From positions 1,088,001 to 1,152,000 of the forward strand of contig CAVZZA010000003.1 in the NCBI GenBank assembly GCA_963779615.1: a DNA stretch of 64,000 nt. The letters are read 5' to 3'. The position numbers and the translations under genes are program-made. Below the pieces are notes generated by a model. It saw only the letters and a program-made list of their open reading frames with translations, was not told where the DNA came from and searched no databases. This stretch comes from an uncultured Nitrososphaeraceae archaeon. GTDB taxonomy: Archaea > Thermoproteota > Nitrososphaeria > Nitrososphaerales > Nitrososphaeraceae. Shown one piece after another: positions 22,611 through 33,308 of this stretch (positions are counted from its first letter, which is position 1; each line of letters starts with the position of its first letter).

Positions 22611-22998
22611 TCAACATCAGTTGCAAAAGTTAATGCAAGAAAAATTAAAATCTCAAACATAGAAACAGAAATGGACTTTGTGCGGAATTGGCGGTCTTGG
22701 CAGGACTTACAGGTATTGGACTTTTCAATATTTGAACAATATTGAGGTTGTTAGTAAGGCTATTGTAATACGCTATAATACTTTTGACAATATTTCAATA
22801 CCAACAGAAAAAATCAAATTGGGTCGGTAATGGAAGCATTGTTACTTAGCTGTTATGGCCGATCATTAGAAATTACTAATAGGTAACCACACTAAGAATC
22901 TAAAACTAAGTGTCGACCAATCATTACCTATACCCCACAAACGAAATGAACAAAATAATGTAAAAAGTATATACGAAACTTATTCCTTTATACAATTC

Positions 22999-23154
22999 AT
23001 GGCAAAAATGATCAGTTGTCCATGCGGTTGGACACTTATATCTCCCCAGGGAAACGAGGATATAAAAAAGCACATACAGATACATGCTAAGGATCATCAT
23101 CCTGGCCTGACCGAGACAGAGGATGAGGTTGAAAAGATGATCAAAACAGTCTGA
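22999..23154 (+). CDS. 51-aa DUF1059-like metal-binding protein (below the ORF-track cutoff)
   Basis: MAKMISCPCGWTLISPQGNEDIKKHIQIHAKDHHPGLTETEDEVEKMIKTV*. Confidence 0.75.
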   Translation: MAKMISCPCGWTLISPQGNEDIKKHIQIHAKDHHPGLTETEDEVEKMIKTV

Positions 23155-23221
23155 TGTTAAATCAAAGATGAACCTTGTTTGCTATCACGACTTCAAAAGG
23201 TAGTTGTTTAAAGTCAATGTC

Positions 23222-24160
23222 TTACATGGATTTTGACTCGGTTGTGATTTTTTGCCCTATTAAGTCGTCCATCCAGTTTTGTCTTTTCGGTTCTACGACT
23301 TCCTTGAATATAAAAAGGGAGCAAGATCTCACACCGTCGAACTTCAATATGTTTACGTAGGCCTCTTCAGGCTCCGCAAGAGTAAATGCAAAAAGATTGG
23401 CAAGCAAGATCTTCTCTGCCAGGGTTCGCACTGACCAAAGATTATCTGCGTAAGTTTCCCTTAACTGCTTGACAATCTTGTACCGCTTTGTTGCGTCAAC
23501 CGACAATTCCAATTCATAAAATATTAAGCCTTGTTGTTTTTGGCTATTTATTATTGCTCGGACTACTAACGTTTCTGAAACTAAGAGTTTTGTAATCCTG
23601 TATCTAACCATCCTGGGAGTAAGTGACAACGAGTCAGAAATCTCGTTGATACCTGACAATGCATCATATCGGAGTTTTTGAATAAGTTCCCAATCTAGAC
23701 TATCCGGAATTGAGACGGGTTCTTTTATTGAGTAACTTCCAAGCTTCCACTTGAATAATTCAAATCTATTGGCTATTTCAGCAGCCACTTGATCTATCTC
23801 CTCAGAGGAATTTCCAGTGATACTAACAGATACCACATTCCCTAAGTAGTCAACCGCTTCGACAATAAATGGGAGTCCATGGACATATTTTATGACTCCG
23901 TGTTTGGTGGCAATATTTAAGGCCTCAAATCTATAGGTGTTCATGTTTTTGAATTGAAAAAGCCCCAGGCGGGGCATTGCCTGATAGTACTTGATAAATC
24001 CGTCGTTTTCCATTTTCTTTACCCGTAATCGAACCGTTTTCTCATCCATTCCGAGCTTCCTCCCAATCTCTGACGGGCTAACCCGCCTGTCTATAAACGA
24101 GTCGTAATCTAAACCCTTGAATGCTATTTCACAGAAGATCCTTACATCTTTCGCATCCAT
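23222..24160 (-). CDS. Tandem (double) Lrp/AsnC-family regulator
   Basis: Two AsnC HTH units: SEIGRKLGMDEKTVRLRVKKM and LDWELIQKLRYDA..ISDSLSLTPRMVRYRITKL. Confidence 0.85.
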   Translation of the reverse strand: MDAKDVRIFCEIAFKGLDYDSFIDRRVSPSEIGRKLGMDEKTVRLRVKKMENDGFIKYYQAMPRLGLFQFKNMNTYRFEALNIATKHGVIKYVHGLPFIVEAVDYLGNVVSVSITGNSSEEIDQVAAEIANRFELFKWKLGSYSIKEPVSIPDSLDWELIQKLRYDALSGINEISDSLSLTPRMVRYRITKLLVSETLVVRAIINSQKQQGLIFYELELSVDATKRYKIVKQLRETYADNLWSVRTLAEKILLANLFAFTLAEPEEAYVNILKFDGVRSCSLFIFKEVVEPKRQNWMDDLIGQKITTESKSM

Positions 24161-24435
24161 CTAATTGTCCTGAACTTCCCGGCTAAAAAATTTAAAATAA
24201 AGATCATCATCTGCGTTTGACTCAACCATAAAAAAGATGGATGTGACACGCGCGATCTAATTTATGTAAAATACGGGTATAGAACTCCCGCCATTTATTT
24301 ATCATTCATGCGCCTGAACCTATATCATGATACGAGAAGTATTATCACCAACAACCATTGAAATGGAGAGGCACGAACAGGGAATAAGGCAATTAAGCAT
24401 CAGGAGAGGTTCAATGAATTCTAAAGGAGGTTTGG

Positions 24436-25500
24436 ATGCAAATGGTGGCAGATGAAGCAAAGTTGCAGAAATTTATTGAAAAGGCTGTAAACGAATGGGG
24501 AGCAACAGAAGGTGCTTTGATCACTTTTGTTGGCGACAGGCTGGGATTGTTTAAAGCTATGGCGGGAGCAGGTGAGATGACACCTCAAGAACTGGCAGAA
24601 AAGACAGGCACACACCCAAGAATGATTACAGAATGGCTATCAGGGCAAGCCGCTGGAGGTTACGTTATCTACAATAGCACTAAAAGAACATTCTCATTGC
24701 CTGAAGAGCATGCCTTGGCCCTGACTGACGAAAACAGCCCGGCATACGTAGCCGGATTTTACCAATCACTGGTAAGTCTTTTCAAAGACGTGGAAAAAAT
24801 TATTGAGGCATTCAAGACTGGAAAAGGCCTTGGATGGGGGGATCATCACCACTACTTGTTTGAAGGAACTGAAAGATTCTTCAGGCCTAATTACCTAGCC
24901 AATCTAACTAATAGCTGGATTCCAGCGCTCGAAGATGTCGAGTTCAAGCTAAAAAATAACGGAGCTAAAGTAGCAGACGTTGGATGCGGGCATGGCGCAT
25001 CAACAATCATGATGGCAAAAGCATATCCTAATTCAAACGTCATAGGATACGACTTCCATAAACCATCAATTGAGTGGGCTAAAAAACGGGCAGAAAAAGA
25101 GGGCTTGAAAAACCTAACATTTGAAGTGGCAAAGTCATCAGATTATCCTGGTGACGATTATGACTTGGTAACGTTCTTTGACTGCCTCCACGACATGGGT
25201 GATCCTGCAGGTGCTGCCAAACATGTGCTACAGACCTTAAAGAAAAAAAATGGCACCTGGATGGTAGTAGAACCATTTGCCAATGATCAATTAGAGGACA
25301 ATTTAAATCCTATTGGCAGGGTATTTTATTCGGTATCCTCTCTTGTATGCGTTCCTGCTTCTTTAAACGAGAATGGACCGGCACTGGGAGCTCAAGCAGG
25401 TGAACAGAGGACAACAGAAATAATGAAATTGGCAGGGTTTTCGAAGTTTCGTCGGGCTACTCAAACGCCTTTCAACTTGGTCTTAGAGGCACGACCTTAG
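24436..25500 (+). CDS. wHTH + class I SAM-dependent methyltransferase (Rv2258c-like)
   Basis: ELAEKTGTHPRMITEWL, ADVGCGHG, FFDCLHDMGDP, ALGAQAGE. Confidence 0.92.
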   Translation: MQMVADEAKLQKFIEKAVNEWGATEGALITFVGDRLGLFKAMAGAGEMTPQELAEKTGTHPRMITEWLSGQAAGGYVIYNSTKRTFSLPEEHALALTDENSPAYVAGFYQSLVSLFKDVEKIIEAFKTGKGLGWGDHHHYLFEGTERFFRPNYLANLTNSWIPALEDVEFKLKNNGAKVADVGCGHGASTIMMAKAYPNSNVIGYDFHKPSIEWAKKRAEKEGLKNLTFEVAKSSDYPGDDYDLVTFFDCLHDMGDPAGAAKHVLQTLKKKNGTWMVVEPFANDQLEDNLNPIGRVFYSVSSLVCVPASLNENGPALGAQAGEQRTTEIMKLAGFSKFRRATQTPFNLVLEARP

Positions 25501-25699
25501 TCCACATAACTGTCAAGGATTATTTCATGGTTTGAACCAGATATAATTTAAATCCTATGAGACGTTAATGACGACATACAATTGCAAAACTTATCCACAG
25601 TCTCATCATTAATTTTTAGACAAGGTTTATGATCATGAAGAAGAACTACTCAATAGTAATGTAGCGAAAATAACAGAGGAACAAAAATATTTGGGATGA

Positions 25700-26145
25700 A
25701 TTATTGCAGAGAGGCATCATCTAAGACGAATGTGCTATTGTATGCATCTGGCTTTGTATTATGTGCCAATAAACCACTTCCTCATATTGAGCCCGGTGTA
25801 ACATTTTTTGTGTTTTTTGAGCAAATAACTTGCTGCCAACCCCCCAGACCTTTGCAGTATCAGGAGACCGCCTACCTGCAATATCCTTAAAAGAAATTAT
25901 GGCTGCTGGTTGGTTTTGACAAATCAAATAGAAGAGTACCAGAATTCCTCGCACCATCACTAGAATCCTGAAAAAATGATAACCTGATGAGATTGATGTC
26001 CCTTGGCATTATGTGTAATAGATGATTGATTTTGTTGGTGCTGTTCTGCTAGGACGCTTTTATAATCCATTACTAGGAACCCTATGGCATATGTTAATGC
26101 GGTTGGTATAGCCACAAATAAGATAAATGCAAATGGTTTTGGCAT
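25700..26145 (-). pseudogene. Degraded secreted protein (HxAKGHQSHQV family)
   Basis: Signal peptide plus THNAKGHQSHQV; continues in shifted frames (TAKVWGVGSKLFAQK..GSGLLAHN). Confidence 0.5.
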
Positions 26146-26370
26146 AGTAAACGTGTTGTGAATCCATCTTTTTACAAATTGTAATACCAGTTAAAGGGTT
26201 TCTCTAAACATAATTAACTTAATAACTCGAACATGGATTTATGGTCAATATGAAAATATGAAAATTAATATGCATATTCAAAAACTGTGTTGACTCCAAT
26301 CGCGTTCATAATACTTTTGTGACTTTACAACAATTTCGTCAGAGAATTATCCACATGAAGTTAGAAAGAA

Positions 26371-26394
26371 GTGCGAAGTGCGGGATTTGAACCC
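26371..26394 (-). repeat. att core copy (tRNA-Gly 3' end)
   Basis: GTGCGAAGTGCGGGATTTGAACCC, 24/24 identical to 50830-50853; no arm retained. Confidence 0.88.
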
Positions 26395-26786
26395 TTAATT
26401 ATTGTCTTATCAATATGTTGGGTGTAGTTAATGATTGAACTAATATGTTCAATCAAAATACTTCTATCAAACAATGAACCTCTTAATATGCAATAAGTTA
26501 TAGTTATAGTATTTCCGAAATATCACATATTCGGGCAGGCTCATATCTTATCATGGATAGAAGCTCAAATAATGCGCCTTATTTCAAAATAAGCAAAATA
26601 AAGAGGATGAACAGATTTTGCTTTCTACATCAATTTTGTACTAAGCACGTAGTACACCATAATTATTTAACCAACAATACTGTACTATTGTCGTCATTAT
26701 CATCATGTTTCTCTAATAAACACAACCTTTGGAGTTTATTGAGAAAAAAGACTTCTTATATAATGATAAATGTACTCCTACATTTA

Positions 26787-28172
26787 ATGACAAGTAATAT
26801 ACCAGACAAATTCAACTTTAGCCAATTCATATTAGGAATATACATCATAATTATTTTTATACCATTAACAACAGATAATTTATTTCAATTGCCCAGTGCA
26901 CGAGCACAAAATGCTATAGTTGATGATCCTGATTTGGACAAAAAAGATGTTGCAAAGGCGTTGATTGACAAAGCGGAGGCATTAGAAAAGCTGGGTGACC
27001 ACACCGGAGCTTTAGAATCGTATGATAATGCCTCGGCCATAAACCCCACCAGCACAAAGGCGTTGACTGACAAAGGGAAGCTTCTGGAAAAGATGGGTGA
27101 CCACACCGGAGCTTTAGATTCCTACGGTCAAGCGTTGGTCATAAACCCCAATAGCACAAGGGCTTTGATAGAGAAAGGGGAGCTTCTGGAAAAGGTGGGT
27201 GACCACACCGGAGCTTTAGAATCGTATGATAAGGCCTTGGCCATAAACCCCACCAGCACAAGGGCTTTGATAGAGAAAGGGGAGCTTCTGGAAAAGATGG
27301 GTGACCACACCGGAGCTTTAGAATCCTACGGTCAAGCGCTGGCCAAAAACCCCACCAGCACAAGTGCGTTGACTGACAAAGGGGAGCTTCTGGAAAAGAT
27401 GGGTGACCACACCGGAGCTTTAGAATCCTACGGTCAAGCGCTGGCCATAAACCCCACCAGCACAAGGGCTTTGATAGAGAAAGGGGAGCTTTTGGAAAAG
27501 ATGGACAACAATACCGGAGCTTTAGAATCCTACGGTCAAGCGCTGGCCATAAACCCCACCAGCACAAAGGCGTTGACTGACAAAGGGCAGATTCTTGAAA
27601 AGGCGGGCAACAATACCGGAGCTTTAGAATCGTATGATAAGGCCTTGGCCATAAACCCCACCAGCACAAGGGCTTTGATAGAGAAAGGGGAGCTTTTGGA
27701 AAAGATGGGTGACCACACCGGAGCTTTAGAATCGTATGATAAGGCCTTGGCCATAAACCCCACCAGCACAAGGGCGTTGACTGACAAAGGGGAGCTTCTG
27801 GAAAAGGCGGGCAACAATACCGGAGCTTTAGAATCGTATGATAAGGCCTTGGCCATAAACCCCACCAGCACAAAGGCGTTGACTGACAAAGGGAGGATTC
27901 TGGAAAAGGCGGGCAACAATACCGGAGCTTTAGAATCGTATGATAATGCCTCGGCCATAAACCCCACCAGCACAAGGGCGTTGATAGAGAAAGGGGAGCT
28001 TCTGGAAAAGGTGGGCAACAATACCGGAGCTTTAGAATCGTATGATAATGCCTCGGCCATAAACCCCACCAGCACAAGGGCTTTGATAGAGAAAGGGGAG
28101 CTTCTGGAAAAGGTGGGCAACAATACCGGAGCTATACAAAATATTATAAAACCCATTCCAAACTCCCAATAA
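26787..28172 (+). CDS. Secreted TPR-repeat protein (11 near-identical 34-aa repeats)
   Basis: 102-bp tandem units ALxxKGxLLEKxGxxTGALESYxxALAINPTST; signal peptide ending ARA-Q; ORF track starts at 26553. Confidence 0.9.
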   Translation: MTSNIPDKFNFSQFILGIYIIIIFIPLTTDNLFQLPSARAQNAIVDDPDLDKKDVAKALIDKAEALEKLGDHTGALESYDNASAINPTSTKALTDKGKLLEKMGDHTGALDSYGQALVINPNSTRALIEKGELLEKVGDHTGALESYDKALAINPTSTRALIEKGELLEKMGDHTGALESYGQALAKNPTSTSALTDKGELLEKMGDHTGALESYGQALAINPTSTRALIEKGELLEKMDNNTGALESYGQALAINPTSTKALTDKGQILEKAGNNTGALESYDKALAINPTSTRALIEKGELLEKMGDHTGALESYDKALAINPTSTRALTDKGELLEKAGNNTGALESYDKALAINPTSTKALTDKGRILEKAGNNTGALESYDNASAINPTSTRALIEKGELLEKVGNNTGALESYDNASAINPTSTRALIEKGELLEKVGNNTGAIQNIIKPIPNSQ

Positions 28173-28464
28173 AGGCTTTGATTTACAAAGGTGAGGCAGT
28201 GGAGAATCTTGGTAACATACAAAGGTAATCAACCAAATACTGTAAGAGAGACAATAAAATCATTTAACTTGTAAGTCAACTGGACATTATTTTGGATATT
28301 TGTTTAGAATTCGCATTTCGTTATTGTCTGATGATATTTACCATTTTTGGTAAAATTATCATTATCATTTTATTCTAATAAACAGTATTCTGATTTTATC
28401 CATGCATGAGCAAATTCACCCAAAGTTTCAAATCCAGTATAATTTTTATTTATTATTTAATACA

Positions 28465-28539
28465 TAGATCGTTTCCCTTTAATTCAACTGTAAAACTTCC
28501 ATTTTAGTTGTTTTTGTGGATTTGTGTTTGCTCTTTCAT
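28465..28539 (-). pseudogene. 5' remnant of an integrase paralogous to 49584-50675
   Basis: MKEQTQIHK..KWK..TVELKGNDL versus MNQQIQIQKKPSEWKSVTVRLKESDI; DNA aligns with 50610-50675. Confidence 0.72.
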
Positions 28540-28558
28540 AACACATTCTATATCATTC

Positions 28559-28688
28559 ACCAAGCTTTAGCTGTTTCGTCAACAATTTACGAGCAGACCT
28601 AAACAATTTTATCTATTTGTCAATAATCCAGTCAACAAATCACCCATCTCAAATGCCAAAAGGTGCGAAGTGCGGGATTTGAACCTGC
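28559..28688 (-). repeat. att copy with integrase-proximal arm
   Basis: ACCAAGCTTTAGCTGTTTCGTCAACAATTTACGAGC identical to 50693-50728; GTCAACAAATCACCCAT..AAAAGGTGCGAAGTGCGGGATTTGAACC matches 50807-50852. Confidence 0.93.
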
Positions 28689-28928
28689 ATCTTGCACTCA
28701 CGGATTCATAATAACAATCCAATATATCACCTAAATATCAAATCATACAATACCTAATCAAATATGGAGCCTTTACAATTCAACAATTTTATTTTAAATC
28801 ATCAGGTAGATTTTACCAATGCTTTGTTTCCGTGTCTATGAAGTTTGATTATTTATATTCATTTTTTATTGCATCGCATGTAATGGGTACTTAATATTGT
28901 ATTTTTACCACCTATCTTCCGATCATAC

Positions 28929-29300
28929 ATGAGAGAATTCAAAAAGCGGGGTTATCTGTATGTCACCATCATGTTCTTCGCCATTGCATGGCTTGTGCAT
29001 GGGATTACTGCATACAATCAATTTGCAGATGAGCAGAATGAGCATGGACAACCATTTGAAATGAATGCTTTTTGGAATGAATTCATAAGGCAGACAACAG
29101 AAAACTGGCAATCAGAATTCCTACAGTTGGCTTGGCAGATAGGTGGGCTTATGATATTGTTTGCAGTTGCCTCTCCCCAGGACCGCATAGGTGACCAAAG
29201 AAAGGAGAAAATGCTCGAGAAACTATTGGAGTTGAAAATGAGCAAGGAAGATTATGAAAACTTTATGGCAAAGTTGGGGGAAAAATACCCTGAGAAATAA
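28929..29300 (+). CDS. DUF6766-like membrane protein
   Basis: TENWQSEFLQL motif, two TM helices. Confidence 0.75.
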   Translation: MREFKKRGYLYVTIMFFAIAWLVHGITAYNQFADEQNEHGQPFEMNAFWNEFIRQTTENWQSEFLQLAWQIGGLMILFAVASPQDRIGDQRKEKMLEKLLELKMSKEDYENFMAKLGEKYPEK

Positions 29301-29440
29301 TATCCATCCAAAATTTATTATTCCCATTGGACCAACAGTATTTGATTTGCTGATTTATTGCGTATAAAATACCAATCCAATATCAATAAGAAAAGAAAGT
29401 AAAAACAGTAACAATATTAGATATATGACAACCGCATTAA

Positions 29441-31039
29441 TTGCAATGGTTGCAAAATAATACAGAGTCAAACTTTTCAGATGAAAAGTCACGGACTGCA
29501 TTTGGTGAGAGAACATTTGGCAATTGTATAACCATTACAATAGACGGGGTGGAGACATTTTGGCAGATTCATGAGGCTATACGTCAAGCAAAATCAAGCA
29601 TATGCATAGCAAGCTATGATTTTGACCCACAACTGCGTCTCATTAGGGAAGGAATGCAACAACAGTCACCCCCAAACTTGATACATTCTCAATGTAAAAC
29701 AGAGGAACAAAAACAAAGTTTTAACCGTGACAATGGGGCAAAAATAACAGATATTACTTTGGAAGGTCTTTTGGTCGAAAAGGCAATGCAGGGTTTGGAC
29801 ATTAAAATAGTTGTTTGGGAGCCAAGGTTTATCATCAGGGCAATGCCAGGAAGCAAAAAGCGGGGAATTGAAGGCAGGGCAAAAAAGGTAAAGACACTCC
29901 GGAAACTAGCAAGGCGTTATGGTGTTGAAAACCGCATTGAAATAAGGTTTGACAGCAACGCGCCTGCCCTTACATCCGGTTTTCATGAGAAGATCATCAT
30001 AGTGGATAGCAAAATAGGCTTTTGTGGTGGATATGATCTATTGGGAAACAAATGGGATACGAGTTGCCATGGTTTTGAGAACCCCTCAAGAGACAATGGT
30101 TCCTCACCCTGGCATGACATTCACGCGATGGTCAAGGGACCTATATTATGGGATTTGATATTCCATTTCAATCAAAGGTGGGTTTTCGCCATGACAAAGA
30201 AAATTCAAGAAGCCAGGGATGTCAAAATTGGCTCATTAGCGTTTTTCAGCATGCCTTTTGTTGCCAATACTAACTATGACCCTGAAGGAGACACAGAGAT
30301 TATCGCACTCAGAACTTGGAAGGGGTTAGACATGGATGGAAATGGACTCAAGGGTAGCAGCAGTACTGATGAGGGCATTCGTTCATGGTATGCACGAATG
30401 TTCAAAAAAGCAAAATACAGCATTTATGTTGAGGACCAATTTCCATTCCAAGACATTTCAATCACCAATACCCTTAAGAAACAGATGGAGCAAGAAAAGA
30501 ACCTCAAAGCTATAATAGTGTTACCAATGAAGCCAAATCTGCCAAAGTCTGCACTGGCTCTAATCTCAAAGGAAAGCATCAATGATATAAACAACAATTT
30601 GTCATCCTTGCGAAAGGCAGGAGGAGGCAGGGTTAAAACATACTCTTTGATATCGCAGCATCCATCCATTGCAGAAAAAAGAACCCAAATCTATGTGCAT
30701 TCAAAGATAATGATAGTGGATGACCGTTGGATAACGATAGGCTCTGCAAATATGGATAGAAAAGGGTTCAAGGACTCCACCGAACTGGACATTGGAGTGA
30801 CGTCGCCTAAACTGGCGAAACAAACAAGGGTAAAACTATGGAATGAGCATATAAGCCATGAGAGCCCCTCTCTTTCCAGCTTCGATTTAAATGACTTTGA
30901 GTCAGGATTCAAAGCCTGGGAGACATTGGCAAACGATAACGGAAAGCGGGTGCTTGACAATGAGCCAATACAGGGACATGCGTATTATTACAATTTTGAA
31001 GAGATAAACCTTCCTTCCCCTTATCCAAACGCCAAATAG
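29441..31039 (+). CDS. Phospholipase D-family protein (two HKD motifs)
   Basis: FHEKIIIVD..GFCGGYD, PWHDIH, IYVHSKIMIVDD..IGSANM. Confidence 0.9.
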   Translation: MQWLQNNTESNFSDEKSRTAFGERTFGNCITITIDGVETFWQIHEAIRQAKSSICIASYDFDPQLRLIREGMQQQSPPNLIHSQCKTEEQKQSFNRDNGAKITDITLEGLLVEKAMQGLDIKIVVWEPRFIIRAMPGSKKRGIEGRAKKVKTLRKLARRYGVENRIEIRFDSNAPALTSGFHEKIIIVDSKIGFCGGYDLLGNKWDTSCHGFENPSRDNGSSPWHDIHAMVKGPILWDLIFHFNQRWVFAMTKKIQEARDVKIGSLAFFSMPFVANTNYDPEGDTEIIALRTWKGLDMDGNGLKGSSSTDEGIRSWYARMFKKAKYSIYVEDQFPFQDISITNTLKKQMEQEKNLKAIIVLPMKPNLPKSALALISKESINDINNNLSSLRKAGGGRVKTYSLISQHPSIAEKRTQIYVHSKIMIVDDRWITIGSANMDRKGFKDSTELDIGVTSPKLAKQTRVKLWNEHISHESPSLSSFDLNDFESGFKAWETLANDNGKRVLDNEPIQGHAYYYNFEEINLPSPYPNAK

Positions 31040-31059
31040 ATAAGGAAAAAATTACTGAT

Positions 31060-31722
31060 TTATAAAAATCCCCTTTTTGGAATTTTCATTCCAAAAACAT
31101 TTATGGTTTCATCTTTGGAGGCTGCAAACCTTTCCACAATTGACCAATTTTCCTTTATAATTCCTGCCACTTCATGTGGGACATATCTTTGCCATGCCAA
31201 TCCGTCTGTGATTGCAGTGGAATTGGAATCTAATACACTCGAATACAGCATTTCTTTAACATTGGATGATGATATTTGCATTCTTTTAGCTTTGAGGGGA
31301 TGAAATCCATGAATTAATAGCATTATCCTTTCAGACAAATCACCAGTATAGGAAACAAACCTTTCTTCTGGCATTCCCTTTATTATTTGATCTTTGAACT
31401 TGCGTGAAAGTGGGGAAACTAGCTGTGGGAGGTACTTGACATATGGTGAATTAAAATAGTAATTCGGCAAAACCTTTACTGTTTTGTCATCATCAAATAC
31501 CGACTCAACCATTTTTCTTCGAATGGCATAAGGGAACGGAAAGCTTCTAGTGTTTACCTCTTTGTTGTCGCTGAGGAAAACCACTGGAAAAACATACACC
31601 CTATACTTTTCCCTCAAGTTAGAGATTATATTTGCATGGGAGTTGGTTAAAGGATTGAAATGACCCAGAAAGACAACAGCGGAAGGCATCGACAATTGCC
31701 TGAATACGATAAAATCATTCAC
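31060..31722 (-). CDS. Cytidylyltransferase-like (HIGH-type) nucleotidyltransferase
   Basis: FLGHFNPLTNSH, PFPYAIRRKMV, ISSSNVK, WQRYVPHEV. Confidence 0.78.
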   Translation of the reverse strand: MNDFIVFRQLSMPSAVVFLGHFNPLTNSHANIISNLREKYRVYVFPVVFLSDNKEVNTRSFPFPYAIRRKMVESVFDDDKTVKVLPNYYFNSPYVKYLPQLVSPLSRKFKDQIIKGMPEERFVSYTGDLSERIMLLIHGFHPLKAKRMQISSSNVKEMLYSSVLDSNSTAITDGLAWQRYVPHEVAGIIKENWSIVERFAASKDETINVFGMKIPKRGFL

Positions 31723-31954
31723 TAAATGAACTTTATCTTTTCCATTTTTTTGTTATGTGGGGGCTTTTCATTTACAGAAAAAAAAGGGGATGATTCCATG
31801 TCTCCTTTCATATGGTCTGCAACAACAAAAGACACTACAAGGAAAATTTATGGATAAAATCAAGTTTGACAAAAAAGAGGTTTAAGACGTATTCAACACA
31901 GGTTATTGAAAAAGGTAAATTATTTTTTATTAAGGCAATTTAGTATTGATATAA

Positions 31955-32197
31955 TCAATCAGATATCTTGTACTGGCTTTTTGCCTCGTCTTTGGATATC
32001 CTAAACCATAGGTTATGGCCATCGTACCTTTCAACAAGATTCTTTGGAATGCAATAAGTCTCCTTATCTATCAAACCCACCTTTGTGATTACGTCATTGC
32101 CACGAACTTCCTGGACTTCACCAAGCTCATCATCGCCCAGACCCCTCGCTTCTTTTTTTACAACATCACTCCAATCAATATTATCAATAGATGACAT
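31955..32197 (-). CDS. Small conserved hypothetical protein (PRC-barrel-like)
   Basis: IDWSDVVKKEARGLGDDELGEVQEV...YCIPKNLVERYDGHNLWF. Confidence 0.75.
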   Translation of the reverse strand: MSSIDNIDWSDVVKKEARGLGDDELGEVQEVRGNDVITKVGLIDKETYCIPKNLVERYDGHNLWFRISKDEAKSQYKISD

Positions 32198-32261
32198 TGC
32201 CTAAAGTGTAAGATGACAAGTATTTAAGATTTAAAAAGATTAAAATAAAAGTTAAAAAAGT

Positions 32262-32423
32262 TTAGGAAAAGGCGTCCTTGACCTTTTCTTTTGCCTTGTT
32301 CAGTGTTTCTGAACTTGGTTTACCCTCGGCATGGTCTTGTGTGGTCTCAGCTTTTGCCTCAGCATCTTGGTTGGTGTTTTTCATTTTCATTTTCTTTGCT
32401 GAATCATATATTGAATCGCTCAT
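32262..32423 (-). CDS. 53-aa hydrophilic LEA/CsbD-like protein (below the ORF-track cutoff)
   Basis: MSDSIYDSAKKMKMKNTNQDAEAKAETTQDHAEGKPSSETLNKAKEKVKDAFS*. Confidence 0.55.
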   Translation of the reverse strand: MSDSIYDSAKKMKMKNTNQDAEAKAETTQDHAEGKPSSETLNKAKEKVKDAFS

Positions 32424-32723
32424 TGATACCCATTACCTAACAATTTTTATGATATGCCTACCATAACCATAGAATTTCAAATGTCATCCTAATAGCTAAC
32501 AGAACCAAAAAAAGGTTTATTATTGAATTGGACCGGATGGGATGTGATTCAAGAATGAATGGAACCTAAACATGGCTACCAGTGTCCTGAGAAATGACGA
32601 ATTTATTATTGTAGAGACACATCAAAAAAAGATGTACCTGCCAACACTGTTGAAAGGTCAGGTATTTGTGGTTTACGTGTTATTTTATGGTACTTTTTAG
32701 ATTCGCTTCAACAATAAAAAACA

Positions 32724-33308
32724 CTATCTTCCAAATACTACTCCGATAGATTTCAAACACTTTATCAGTTCAGCAATTTTTTCAATGCCAATTCCATCTT
32801 CCAGTAGGGAAGTGATGAATAAAATTTCATTAATACCACCTTCCACTCTTTCGCAAATATCTGCAAGTGGGAGATCAAAATCATCTTCAACAGCATCTAT
32901 CTGTGTAGAATTAAGAACAGACCTAAAACATTCTTCACAGGTTCTTGGTGATGGTGATGGTGATGTAGTGGATGGTGATGTAGTGGATGGTGTGAATAGT
33001 GGAAAATTATTGCTTTGGTCGGTGAATCCAACTGCATCATTGTCTTTGCCTATTAGCTCTTGGCCTTCATTGGCTTGTGTGCAGGTCTCATTTCCCCTAT
33101 AACACACATTATCCTGGTCCTGGTGTTGGCTTGCACTTTTCTTGTCTGTTTGAGAGCCTGCACTTGTTTTTGATTTTTTATCTTTATGTTTTTCATTTTC
33201 GTCATTACTACCGCTTTCTGCAAAAGATTGTATCGGAATTATGCTTGTTCCCATGATTAGTAATAATGTACATACTGCCATCATCCACATTTTATTTGTA
33301 TTTTTCAT
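32724..33308 (-). CDS. Secreted protein with QANEG-GKDN module and helical Cys-bearing C-terminus
   Basis: Signal peptide; SQHQDQDNVCYRGNETCTQANEGQELIGKDNDAVGFTDQ; Ser/Pro linker; TCEECF...C...C domain. Confidence 0.8.
   Translation of the reverse strand: MKNTNKMWMMAVCTLLLIMGTSIIPIQSFAESGSNDENEKHKDKKSKTSAGSQTDKKSASQHQDQDNVCYRGNETCTQANEGQELIGKDNDAVGFTDQSNNFPLFTPSTTSPSTTSPSPSPRTCEECFRSVLNSTQIDAVEDDFDLPLADICERVEGGINEILFITSLLEDGIGIEKIAELIKCLKSIGVVFGR

Noticed and set aside
27139-28222. Long minus-strand ORFs over the TPR gene
   Set aside because: Stop-free only because of the 102-bp repeats
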